From Ignavibacteriota bacterium (GTDB lineage: Bacteria > Bacteroidota > Ignavibacteria > UBA10030 > CAVZMI01), in the NCBI GenBank assembly GCA_963776275.1, contig CAVZMI010000014.1, forward strand, positions 96,001 to 160,000: 64,000 bases of DNA. Reading direction: 5' to 3'. The position numbers were made by a program, and so were the translations under genes. The number at the start of each line of letters is the position of its first letter. Position 1 is the first letter of the stretch. This document shows positions 21,913 through 31,979 of this stretch, piece by piece. Under the pieces are notes generated by a model, which did no database searches, was not told the origin of the DNA, and saw nothing but the letters and a program-made list of their open reading frames with translations.

Positions 21913-23457
21913 GTGATGAAACACATAAGGCAACGAAGAAGTGTTCGGACCTGCATTAGGGGCGTGGTGAGTGTTGTGCTTTTGCATGGTATGGCGTTCT
22001 TTCCGCAGATCCACGCTCAAGGGACTAATGATGCAGTTCTTTATTTAGACAGTATTAAGCAGGTCATCAGAGGATTCGGTGCGGCAAATATACTTCCCTG
22101 GCGTCCTGATATGACAATGGATGAAATAGAGAAAGCTTTTGGTACCGAGACAGGTCAAATCGGATTTACAATACTGCGTCTCCGTGTCCCACACCAGACA
22201 AATGAATTTGGACTCAATATTCCTACCGCTCAATTGGCCAGCTCAATGGGAGTGACAATTATTGCGTCACCCTGGACACCACCTTACTGGATGAAAACGA
22301 GTAAAAGCATAGTAGGTGGCAAACTATACGATACTTCATACGCTTCCTATGCAGCCCATTTGAAATCTTTTGCCGATTATATGTCAAATAACGACGCACC
22401 ATTGCATGCCATCTCGGTTCAAAACGAACCTGACATTTCGGTAACTTATGAATCGTGTGATTGGACTGCCTCAGAAATGCTCAGATTTGTGAAAGAAAAT
22501 GCACCGTCTATTGGTACGAATATCATCGTTCCCGAGTCGTTTCATTTCGACCATGCCTTATCCGATCCTATACTCAATGATTCTGTCGCTGCTGCAAATG
22601 TTTCAATAATAGGAGGACATATTTATGGAGGAGGGCTTGGCAGCTATCCCCTCGCTGCCAGCAAAGGGAAAGAATTGTGGATGACAGAATATCTGAATGT
22701 TGATACATCCTGGACAGCCGTTCTTGCTACCGGCAGCCAAATTAATGATTGTATGAATGTCGGTATGAACGCTTATGTCTGGTGGTATATTGTAAGATTT
22801 TACGGACCGATTAATGAAAATGGAAACGTAACAAAACGCGGTTATGTGATGTCGCAATATGCAAGATTTATCCGTCCCGGATTTGTACGAGTCTTGGCTA
22901 CAATACCTCCGCGGAGATTGCTCACTATAACGGCATATAAAAGCGATTCTAAATTAATCATCGTAGTTGTGAATTCAGGTTCGTCTTCAATAGAACAAAC
23001 GTTTAGAATACAGAACCTTTCAGGCGGAACTGCGGTCTTTACGCCATATGTTACCTCCCAGACCAAAAATTGCGCTCAGGAGAGTGATATTACGCTATTA
23101 AATGGTAGTTTTACCACTACGCTCGATGGATCGAGTATAACAACTTTTGTGGCTGAAGATATTTCAAGTGTAGGTGATATCTCTGTGGTTCCACAAACGA
23201 TCACGCTATCTCAGAACTATCCGAATCCGTTCAACCCGACGACCCGGATTGCCTACACTATTCCTCAGACCGGGTATGTCTCGCTCAAAGTTTACAATCT
23301 CCTCGGCCAAGAGGTGGCAACACTGTTTGAAGGCACTTGTCATCCGGGCCGATATGAAGCTACGTTCGACGCCGCCGGACTTGCGAGTGGTGTGTATTTC
23401 TACCGGCTGAGCGCCGGGCATTTCGCCGAAACGAAGAAACTCTTGTTACTTAGATGA
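21913..23457 (+). CDS. xynC: GH30_8 glucuronoxylanase with T9SS CTD
   Basis: KQVIRGFGAA, GFTILRLRV, IASPWTPP, ISVQNEPD, YESCDW, GGHIYG, KELWMTE, NAYVWWYIVRFYG, KRGYVMSQYARFIRPG; CTD. Confidence 0.88.
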   Translation: MMKHIRQRRSVRTCIRGVVSVVLLHGMAFFPQIHAQGTNDAVLYLDSIKQVIRGFGAANILPWRPDMTMDEIEKAFGTETGQIGFTILRLRVPHQTNEFGLNIPTAQLASSMGVTIIASPWTPPYWMKTSKSIVGGKLYDTSYASYAAHLKSFADYMSNNDAPLHAISVQNEPDISVTYESCDWTASEMLRFVKENAPSIGTNIIVPESFHFDHALSDPILNDSVAAANVSIIGGHIYGGGLGSYPLAASKGKELWMTEYLNVDTSWTAVLATGSQINDCMNVGMNAYVWWYIVRFYGPINENGNVTKRGYVMSQYARFIRPGFVRVLATIPPRRLLTITAYKSDSKLIIVVVNSGSSSIEQTFRIQNLSGGTAVFTPYVTSQTKNCAQESDITLLNGSFTTTLDGSSITTFVAEDISSVGDISVVPQTITLSQNYPNPFNPTTRIAYTIPQTGYVSLKVYNLLGQEVATLFEGTCHPGRYEATFDAAGLASGVYFYRLSAGHFAETKKLLLLR

Positions 23458-23571
23458 AAAGATAACTTGATATGATAAATAAAATTATATTTCCGTTACT
23501 TGTATTAATTTCATTGAACCTTACTGCGGGTTGAACCGAGAAAAATTATCCTGATACATGTTCCTCACTTG

Positions 23572-23633
23572 CGCTATTTGGTTAATTAATAGTCTTAAAT
23601 GGCTACTATCTGAACATCCCTGTATTTATCATT
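23572..23633 (+). promoter_or_regulatory. Conserved promoter/operator element copy 3
   Basis: cgctatttggttaattaatagtcttaaatggctactatctgaacatccctgtatttatcatt, upstream of the GH43 operon. Confidence 0.75.
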
Positions 23634-23751
23634 CATGATGAGATGAATGAGTAATTGCTGCCGCTTTACTCTGAAATCATTAACGCTCGTGAAGTGATTT
23701 TACTTCATTAATAAAATCTTTTATTCTATATGTAATGGAGCCCGCTGATAA

Positions 23752-26034
23752 ATGAACAGAATTTTTACGTTACTGCTTTTTTGCGTTATAGCGTACAGCT
23801 ATAGTCTCTGTCAATCTCCCTCGTTCGATACATTTACAAATCCGGTCATTCCGGGTGATCATCCTGATTGTACGTTGACAAAAATCGGGAACGATTTTTA
23901 TACAACCGGATCGTCGTTCAATCCGACGCCGGTGATTTATCACTCGACAGATCTGGTCCATTGGGAAGCCATTGCGCAGCCGGTGAGCGCTGCATGGTCA
24001 AATTATGGCGACGCACCTGGAGGAGGATGCTGGGGAGGACAGATAGTATACTACAATAATAAATATTGGGATTTTTTCGGAAGAGCTTTTGTCATGTACT
24101 TTGTCACTGCAGATGCACCAGAAGGGCCATGGAGTACGCCAACTCTCATGAATGTCCCGCCACCTGTTCCTGGTTTTGGTGCCGATAATTCTATCTTCAT
24201 TGATGACGACGGAAAATGGTACCTCCTGGTAAAAAACGGACGGGAAAACAACTGGATAGTGGAACTTGGAAGTAATGGCCAGCCGCAGGGAGCTATTTAC
24301 GATTTACGATGGCTCAATCCTGCCCCTTCGTATCCATATAGCTGGGCTGAAGGTCCGGTAATGTGGAAACACAATGACTACTATTATTATTCTTTTGCGC
24401 GCGATGTTGGCGGCGGGCAAAAAGTTTTTCGAAGTACTACGCTGACCGACGATAAAAATTCGTGGGAAAACCTTGGTGATTTCTTTAATGAAAGTGATCC
24501 GTTGAAATATCAATCATTATTTCAAAACCCGAACCACAGTTCTGCCGCTATAGAACTGGACGATGGTACAAGCTGGGTTGTTCATCCTGTATGGCGTAGG
24601 GGAGTGTCGAATGAATGGCTGGGTCAGGGCAGGCAGGGATTGCTCAACCAGGTTATTTATGATGCTAATGATAAACCAATAGCCGATTATCCTGTGAACC
24701 AGCCGAAGGATGCTCCGAAATTGCCAAGCAGCGGCATTCCATGGATGGTGCCTCATTCGGATTTTTTTGATTCCGTCAAAGTAAATCCCGAGTGGTCATT
24801 TTTGGGATATACCCCTAATAATACCTATTCGCTGACCGATCGTCCCGGTTGGCTGCGTTTGTCACCGAAGAGTAGTTCAAAAGCCAATACTGTTATCAAG
24901 AATGATGGAGAGCATAATTACTCATTAATAACCCGTCTCGAATTCGATGCGATGTCAAAAAATGATGAAGCAGGGCTTCGAATTATAAGAGGGGATGCAA
25001 CAAAATATGTCAAACTGGCCAGTTCACTGAATGCGGATGGAAAGAGAATCATTTTTTTTAGTTTTGAAAATACAAGGTATGAGGTTGAAAACAGCGTTGG
25101 TGATACTCTGTGGCTCAGAATGATTAGGGTCAACCATAAAATAGGCGGGTATTATAGCAGCAATGGCAATGACTGGGTAAAAGTCGGTCAAGACGTCGAC
25201 ATTAGTTCGATAGACTCATATACAGATCCTGGCTACCAAGTTTGGGAAGGAACCAGACAAGGTTTATATGTTCAGGGAAGTGCAGCCTTTTTCGATCTTT
25301 ACATTTATCGCGATGCACATACACCTATTCTGGCAGAATGCCCTGCAAACCAGCTCGGTACCACGAGAGCGGTTAAAAGTCAGGATGTCACGGTTCTCGA
25401 TAATATACATGCGAACGACTGGGCGCTGTATGCCGGGGTGGAATTCGGCTCCAACGATTATCCGATAAAGAACGATTCGCTGATCGTTACCGCTTCATCT
25501 GTTGCATCGGGAAATGCCGTCGAAGTGTGGCTCGACTCGCTCGATACCGGCACGAAAATCGGCGAGTGCACTATCGGCAATACGGGTTCACTGAATACAT
25601 TCAAAACGTTCACCGCCGGTGTATCGTCTCCCGTTTACGGAAAGCACGATGTGTATCTGAAATTTACCGGAACGGGAACGGACAAACTGTTCCAGCTCCG
25701 AACATTCTATTTTTCGGATACGACGTATTCCAGTACTTCGATCGGAGAGTTGCCCTCAAACGGGACGCCCAAATCATTTTATCTCGGACAGAACTATCCC
25801 AATCCTTTCAATCCGTCGACAACAATTCAATTCTCTATCCCGAGAAATTCGTTTGTGACTCTGCGATTGTTCGACGCGCTGGGGAAGCACGTCAACGATC
25901 TGGTGTCGGAGAAGCTTCAAGCGGGTGACTATCGTATTCAATGGAACGCTCAGAATTTGGCCAGCGGAGTGTATTTCTATCGGTTGATGGCCGGTAATTT
26001 TTCCGAGACCAAGAAGACAGTGTTGATGAAGTGA
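23752..26034 (+). CDS. GH43 beta-xylosidase/arabinofuranosidase + C2 beta-sandwich + CBM6-like + T9SS CTD
   Basis: NPVIPGDHPD, HSTDLVHWE, DNSIFIDDDG, WAEGP, RPGWLRL; CBM6-like EVWLDS...GKHDVYLKF; CTD. Confidence 0.88.
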   Translation: MNRIFTLLLFCVIAYSYSLCQSPSFDTFTNPVIPGDHPDCTLTKIGNDFYTTGSSFNPTPVIYHSTDLVHWEAIAQPVSAAWSNYGDAPGGGCWGGQIVYYNNKYWDFFGRAFVMYFVTADAPEGPWSTPTLMNVPPPVPGFGADNSIFIDDDGKWYLLVKNGRENNWIVELGSNGQPQGAIYDLRWLNPAPSYPYSWAEGPVMWKHNDYYYYSFARDVGGGQKVFRSTTLTDDKNSWENLGDFFNESDPLKYQSLFQNPNHSSAAIELDDGTSWVVHPVWRRGVSNEWLGQGRQGLLNQVIYDANDKPIADYPVNQPKDAPKLPSSGIPWMVPHSDFFDSVKVNPEWSFLGYTPNNTYSLTDRPGWLRLSPKSSSKANTVIKNDGEHNYSLITRLEFDAMSKNDEAGLRIIRGDATKYVKLASSLNADGKRIIFFSFENTRYEVENSVGDTLWLRMIRVNHKIGGYYSSNGNDWVKVGQDVDISSIDSYTDPGYQVWEGTRQGLYVQGSAAFFDLYIYRDAHTPILAECPANQLGTTRAVKSQDVTVLDNIHANDWALYAGVEFGSNDYPIKNDSLIVTASSVASGNAVEVWLDSLDTGTKIGECTIGNTGSLNTFKTFTAGVSSPVYGKHDVYLKFTGTGTDKLFQLRTFYFSDTTYSSTSIGELPSNGTPKSFYLGQNYPNPFNPSTTIQFSIPRNSFVTLRLFDALGKHVNDLVSEKLQAGDYRIQWNAQNLASGVYFYRLMAGNFSETKKTVLMK

Positions 26035-26198
26035 TATTCTTTCAATCCATGGAGTTGGCGCACCGGTAGGACGGACGTTCCCGAGGCGCCTGTATACAAC
26101 AGAATAGATAAGAGTGCACATCGAGGCAGTCTCCAAAGAAATTATTCCTTCGAACTATATGTTCAATACCCTCGAGATATAACGAAATAGGAGGAGAG

Positions 26199-29100
26199 AT
26201 GAAAAAGGTCACTGGAAGAATAGTATGTCGATCAGCTTCTTTCATGTTTCTCGTCAGCGTCATTATGTATGCGCAGCCTTCGCAATCTCCGAGAACATTC
26301 TGCAATCCCATGAACCTCAGTTATCGGTTCATGGTGGATGCCGTTGACGCACGTGAAGCGGCAGATCCGGTAGTGGTATTATTCAAGGACGATTACTATC
26401 TGTTCGCATCGCGCTCAGGAGGATATTGGTGGTCAAGCGATATGCACAACTGGACATTTGTGATTCCCAGCGGCTTGACCATCATAGAAGATTACGCTCC
26501 CGGTCTGGTAGTTATGAGAGATACTCTGTTTTATATAGGGGGCGCCGGTGGTCAGGTGTTTAAATCCGCAGACCCGAAATCGGGTAAGTGGACAATCGGA
26601 AGCAGCATTAAAGCCTACGGCGATCCCGCCCTCCTCCTCGATGATGACGGAAAACTTTATATGTACTACGGCGTTTCAAATGTGAATCCCATCAGTGTGG
26701 TTGAACTTGATCCGTATTCATTCAGTGAAATCGGTGCCCCGGTCACTCTATTTGGTTCACACGCGTCTTCTTACGGCTGGGAACGACGCGGCGATGATAA
26801 TCTTCTGGATGAACAGCCGTGGATTGAAGGATCCTGGATGGTCAAGTATGACAATAAGTATTACCTCCACTACTCAGCTCCTGGAACTGAATTTAAAACC
26901 TACGCACATGGTATCTATGTTTCGGATTCACCCAAAGGACCGTTTCAATATGCCGACTACAGTCCTTTTTCATTTAAACCCACCGGATTCATTTGCGGTG
27001 CAGGGCATGGATGCACGTTCAGGGATAAGAACGACAACTATTGGTGCGTCGCAACAATGACCATCTCGGTCAAACATATGTTTGAACGCCGACTCGGATT
27101 GTTTCCAGTTTCATTCGATGCTGACGGACATATCAATTGCAATACTGTCTTTGCCGACTATCCACAATATCTCCCCGGAGAAAAAAACGATCCGGGAATT
27201 GATAATCGAACGGGCATGATGCTTTTATCCCGGAACAAATATGTTACCGCTTCATCCTCGCTGTCAAATCACGGGGTCAACTATGCTGTCGACGAAGAAA
27301 TCCGCACCTATTGGTCTGCTCAAACCGGCAATGCCAATGAATGGTTAATGGTCGATTTGGGAAAAGAGTGTGATATCGAAGCAGTGCAAATAAATCTTGC
27401 GGAAGAAGGAACAACACCGGAACTTGTGCGGGGCCGCACGAATCCCGTCTACGAACAGTATGTCCTGCAGATTTCTAGCGATGGTACAAACTGGAACACA
27501 CTTGTCGACAAAAGCGGCAACACGCAAGATGTGCCTCATGATTATATCGAACTTGTCCAGGCAACCAAAGCGCAGTATGTAAAACTCATAAATGTCTTTA
27601 CACCAGGGAATGGGAAATTTGCTGTCCGCGACCTAAGAGTTTTCGGAAATTCAGGCAAAGCAGTCATCAACGATATTACGGGTATTACAGTCAACCGTAA
27701 TGCTGCCGACGGAAGAGATGCCGTCATCCGCTGGTCACCTGTCGACAGTGCTGACGGTTATATTGTACGGTACGGAATTGCCCCGGATAAATTATATAAC
27801 AATTATATCGTTTATGATGCCGATAGTATCTCAATTCACAGCTTAAATAAAAATGTTGAATATTTTTTCTCGGTGCAGTCCTTTGATAATGGTACCGATT
27901 ACTACATTCCTACCGGAGAATTCAAATCATACAAATCGGGAAACTGGAATGAAACCGATACCTGGCAGAGGTTTAACGGTACTCAATGGATTCATCCGGC
28001 CCCTGGTCTCCCCGCACTGACCGACGGACCCATCACGATTTGCGCAGGTCATACGGTCACGATTACCGCGAACGATTCGGCAAACCAGCTTGCGGCAGAT
28101 TCGGGCTCGACTCTTATCGTCAATCCGGGAACAACGTTCAGAGTCGTCGACGGAATAGGAACCGACTTCACGGTCGCCGGGACATTGAGGAATAACGGAA
28201 TAATCAATGGCGGCCCGTCTTCAACATTGAGTTTTATCGACGGGGGAACGTACGTTCATGAACGGGACAGTGGTACGATCCCATCCGCGGAATGGCGGAC
28301 GGGATCGACGTGCCGGATCGAAGGTATTACGGTGAACGCTCCTTCCAACGGAAACCAGAATTTTTATAATGTCGTCTGGGATTGCGTCAATCAGTCGGGA
28401 AATTCAAGCCTTCAATGGAACAATAACACTATCGGCGGTACCATCACAATAATCAACACGGGAACGGGAAGTTGGCAGATGTGCGAACCTTCTGCCGGCT
28501 CTTCGGTGAATGTTACATTGAACGGCGGTATCGTTCAATCCGGCGGCGCATTCACAACAAACGGGACAAACAATGCAGGCACGTCGGTAACAATATCACA
28601 GCGCGGCAATATTGCCGTGACGGGAGGAAACTTTTCGATAAGCAGCGGATCACAGGGGGGAACGGGAACGGCAGTATGGAACCTCGACGGGGATATGACT
28701 ATCAGCAATGCCACCGTGCACAATTCAAATCCTGCCGGCGGAAAATTCGTTATTACCGGAACACATATTCACAGCCTCACGCTCGGAGAAGGCAATACGT
28801 TAACGTCCCTTCCGATAGAAGTAGCCGGCTGTGCAACATTGAGTCTGGGAACGAGTGAATTGGTGGGTTCTGGCTTTTTTATACTCGATACCGGAGCCAC
28901 CGTGTTATCAGGACATCCCGACGGTATTAATGGCAATCTCAAAAATACCGGTACAAGAACTCTATACCCGGAAACTGGGTACGGTTTCAACGGTACCGCC
29001 GCTCAGGTAACCGGAGATTTGATGCCCGATGTAGTCAGAAATTTAATGATGGATAACACCGCGGGAGTAACCCTCTCAAAATCGGTAACCGTGAACGGTA

Positions 29101-30119
29101 TGCTTGAGATTAAGAAGGCGGGCCTTTCTCTTGGAAGTTACACACTTGTCTTCGGCCCGGAAGCGACATTAAAGTATTCCGGCACAACGGCAATGAGTAC
29201 CAGTAATGTCGAATTTCCCGCAACGGGAGGACCGAAGAACGTTTATATCGGTAACTCAAGCGCATCCGGAATCACGCTGCATGCGCAGCGGACTATTAAC
29301 GGTAATCTCCGTCTCTCAGGAAAATTCAGACTGTCAAACAATAATTTCACTGCGGCAACGGCAGACAGAGAAGGTATTACCGGCTTTGTCGTCACGAACG
29401 GCACCGGTTCTCTCGGCATCACGAATGTCGGGACGGAGAAGACCCTCTTTCCGCTCGGCTTATCTTTCTACGCACCGGTCTGGATCATCAACAACGGCGC
29501 GGTCGACGATGTATCGGCAAGAGTCGAATCCGCAACTCAATTGCTGCCCGACGGCGGTAGGGTTCGGGCAAAATGGACTTTGAGAGAAGGCACGGCCGGC
29601 GGCGGAAACTACACGGTGACATTCGGATGGATGACTCAGCTTGAGGACACAAAATTCACTCAGGACAGGAATGCGAATGCGGGCATTTTTCTATTCGCGT
29701 CGGATACTACCGAAGCGGGAACCGGCGGATACACAACGCAGTTCGATTCACCACCGTACACGATCTCACGCGGCGGAATAACCACACTTGGTTCGTTCGG
29801 GGTTGGTAAGTTCGGCACTATCACAGTTGGCGTCAAGAATTCAGAAATGGTACCAACCGACTTCAGTGTGAGTCAAAACTATCCTAATCCCTTTAATCCG
29901 GTAACTCGTATATCCTTCACTATCCCCGAAGATGTTCATGTTTCCTTGAAGGTTTTTAACGTCCTTGGAAAAGAAATTGCAACTATCGTTGATCGGAATA
30001 TGGAGAACGGCGAGCACACATATGAATGGAATGCATCTGATTTTTCTTCAGGTATTTACTTTTATAGGATAACTGCGGGAGATTTTGTCCAGACTAAAAA
30101 GATGATATTGTTAAAATAG
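26199..30119 (+). CDS. GH43 + F5/8 (CBM32-like) + FN3 + accessory module shared with the GH10 + T9SS CTD
   Basis: TFCNPMNLSYRF, REAADP, DPALLLDDDG, PWIEGSW, GAGHG, FERRLG; AVDEEIRTYW..EWLMVDLG; GYIVRYGIAPDKLY; CTD. Confidence 0.88.
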   Translation: MKKVTGRIVCRSASFMFLVSVIMYAQPSQSPRTFCNPMNLSYRFMVDAVDAREAADPVVVLFKDDYYLFASRSGGYWWSSDMHNWTFVIPSGLTIIEDYAPGLVVMRDTLFYIGGAGGQVFKSADPKSGKWTIGSSIKAYGDPALLLDDDGKLYMYYGVSNVNPISVVELDPYSFSEIGAPVTLFGSHASSYGWERRGDDNLLDEQPWIEGSWMVKYDNKYYLHYSAPGTEFKTYAHGIYVSDSPKGPFQYADYSPFSFKPTGFICGAGHGCTFRDKNDNYWCVATMTISVKHMFERRLGLFPVSFDADGHINCNTVFADYPQYLPGEKNDPGIDNRTGMMLLSRNKYVTASSSLSNHGVNYAVDEEIRTYWSAQTGNANEWLMVDLGKECDIEAVQINLAEEGTTPELVRGRTNPVYEQYVLQISSDGTNWNTLVDKSGNTQDVPHDYIELVQATKAQYVKLINVFTPGNGKFAVRDLRVFGNSGKAVINDITGITVNRNAADGRDAVIRWSPVDSADGYIVRYGIAPDKLYNNYIVYDADSISIHSLNKNVEYFFSVQSFDNGTDYYIPTGEFKSYKSGNWNETDTWQRFNGTQWIHPAPGLPALTDGPITICAGHTVTITANDSANQLAADSGSTLIVNPGTTFRVVDGIGTDFTVAGTLRNNGIINGGPSSTLSFIDGGTYVHERDSGTIPSAEWRTGSTCRIEGITVNAPSNGNQNFYNVVWDCVNQSGNSSLQWNNNTIGGTITIINTGTGSWQMCEPSAGSSVNVTLNGGIVQSGGAFTTNGTNNAGTSVTISQRGNIAVTGGNFSISSGSQGGTGTAVWNLDGDMTISNATVHNSNPAGGKFVITGTHIHSLTLGEGNTLTSLPIEVAGCATLSLGTSELVGSGFFILDTGATVLSGHPDGINGNLKNTGTRTLYPETGYGFNGTAAQVTGDLMPDVVRNLMMDNTAGVTLSKSVTVNGMLEIKKAGLSLGSYTLVFGPEATLKYSGTTAMSTSNVEFPATGGPKNVYIGNSSASGITLHAQRTINGNLRLSGKFRLSNNNFTAATADREGITGFVVTNGTGSLGITNVGTEKTLFPLGLSFYAPVWIINNGAVDDVSARVESATQLLPDGGRVRAKWTLREGTAGGGNYTVTFGWMTQLEDTKFTQDRNANAGIFLFASDTTEAGTGGYTTQFDSPPYTISRGGITTLGSFGVGKFGTITVGVKNSEMVPTDFSVSQNYPNPFNPVTRISFTIPEDVHVSLKVFNVLGKEIATIVDRNMENGEHTYEWNASDFSSGIYFYRITAGDFVQTKKMILLK

Positions 30120-30222
30120 TATCGTATTACAGAAACCTTAATTGAATTGTAATTGGCATTGAAGGTTATACATAATTAATGAAAACTCGAAAAAATAGAA
30201 TTTTTAGAGGAGTTTAATAAAT

Positions 30223-31770
30223 ATGAAAAGGAAGCTAAAACCAGGATTTTTTCTTCTTTTACTTTCGCTTTTACCATTGGGTACATTGCCAGCTCAAACT
30301 GCAAAGATTAAAATTGATATCGATAGGACAATAGGAGAAATCGACCCAAAAATTTACGGGGTATTCATGGAACCTATCGAATTTGACCCAAAGCGATTTG
30401 GTTCGAATGATACAATTATTCACAATACCCTTTATGGCACACTGTACGATCCTTCCTCTCCTCTCGCTAACGAAAACGGCTTTAAAAAGAATTTCATCGA
30501 GGCTGCACGAGAGCTTAAAATAACGAACATGCGCTGGCCGGGCGGTAACTATGTTGCAGGTTATAACTGGCAGGACGGTATTGGCCCGAAAGACCAACGG
30601 CCTGTTCGCAAAGAACTGGCATGGGGTGCTATTGACAATAACCAGGTCGGCACCGATGAATGGGTACAGTTAAATATGGCAATGGGTTCCGAGAATGTCA
30701 TTTGTATCAATCTTGGAACCGGAAACATCAATGATGCCCGCTATTGGGTTGAATATTGCAATTCGCCAAAAGGAACGTACTACGCCAACTTAAGAAAAAA
30801 ATATGGCCATGAAAAACCATATGGCATAAAATACTGGTGCCTGGGGAATGAAGTTGACGGTGAACCTTGGATTATGGGTTATAAGAACGCCGATGATTAC
30901 TGCAAAATTGCAAAAGAAGCTGCTAAAGTTATGCGGTACACCGATAATAGGATTAAGTGTATAGCGAATGGATCGTCGAATTACGATAATACTGGCAAGT
31001 GGGTTGACTGGAACTGGAAAATAATCAACGAATTAAGAAATGTTGCCGACTACATATCCATTCATCGCTATTGGGATTATTCCGACGATTACTATGTCTA
31101 TATCGGACAGCGGGCAATGGATCTAGAGGAAAAAATTAACATAACTGCTTCTCAAATTACAGCTGTTAAAACCATATACCGGTTACAAAAACCAATTTAT
31201 TTGTCAGTAGACGAATGGGCACCTTTCAGTAGAGGTTTATTACCTGTTCTGGCAGTAGCCCAGTATTTCAACTCTTTCATACGTCATGCCGATGTAGTTA
31301 AAATGGCAAACTATACCATGTTTACATCACTATTGAGCAACGACAGGGAAAAAGGAACGTTCAAAACGCCATTGTTTTACACATTCAAATTATTTTCGAA
31401 CAATTGCCTTGGTAACTCTATCGACGCTTATGTACGCTGCGATACTTTTAATACAAACGATTGCAAAGGAATTCCATACCTTGATGTAACATCCGTTTAT
31501 GGAAAAGAAACAAATACCCTCCTGATCAATGTTGTAAACCGTCATAAAGACAAAGCCATTAGTACAGAGATAATAAGTAATTCGGGCTCGTTCTCCGGGA
31601 ACGCCCTAATAAGTGAGGTAAACTGCGATGATATTCACGCAGAGTTCACTTTTGACAAACAACAACAATATAACCCCATAACCAAAGAAATGCTGGTTGA
31701 AGGAAACACGATGACCTATTCTTTCCCTGCCCATTCATTTGTTCAAATACAGGTGAAGATTAAAAAATAA
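30223..31770 (+). CDS. abfA: GH51 alpha-L-arabinofuranosidase (signal peptide, no CTD)
   Basis: IYGVFME, MRWPGGNYV..YNWQDGIGP, GTDEW, YWCLGNEVDG, ISIHRY, VDEW, RHADVVKMAN. Confidence 0.92.
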   Translation: MKRKLKPGFFLLLLSLLPLGTLPAQTAKIKIDIDRTIGEIDPKIYGVFMEPIEFDPKRFGSNDTIIHNTLYGTLYDPSSPLANENGFKKNFIEAARELKITNMRWPGGNYVAGYNWQDGIGPKDQRPVRKELAWGAIDNNQVGTDEWVQLNMAMGSENVICINLGTGNINDARYWVEYCNSPKGTYYANLRKKYGHEKPYGIKYWCLGNEVDGEPWIMGYKNADDYCKIAKEAAKVMRYTDNRIKCIANGSSNYDNTGKWVDWNWKIINELRNVADYISIHRYWDYSDDYYVYIGQRAMDLEEKINITASQITAVKTIYRLQKPIYLSVDEWAPFSRGLLPVLAVAQYFNSFIRHADVVKMANYTMFTSLLSNDREKGTFKTPLFYTFKLFSNNCLGNSIDAYVRCDTFNTNDCKGIPYLDVTSVYGKETNTLLINVVNRHKDKAISTEIISNSGSFSGNALISEVNCDDIHAEFTFDKQQQYNPITKEMLVEGNTMTYSFPAHSFVQIQVKIKK

Positions 31771-31979
31771 GCCAATAAACACATCAATCATATATCATAA
31801 CCATAAAGCTTATCTAAAAGAACTGGATTAACAATTCCAAGAGTTGGTAAGGCTCCGTCAGGAAACTGATTCAAGAGAAATCCAGCTGCACCATGCAATA
31901 TAATAGTGTATCGGTGAATCGTAAACCTTGAACATTTTTTTAATGCTGATGGATGGCAAAACTTGAAAGATACATGCTT

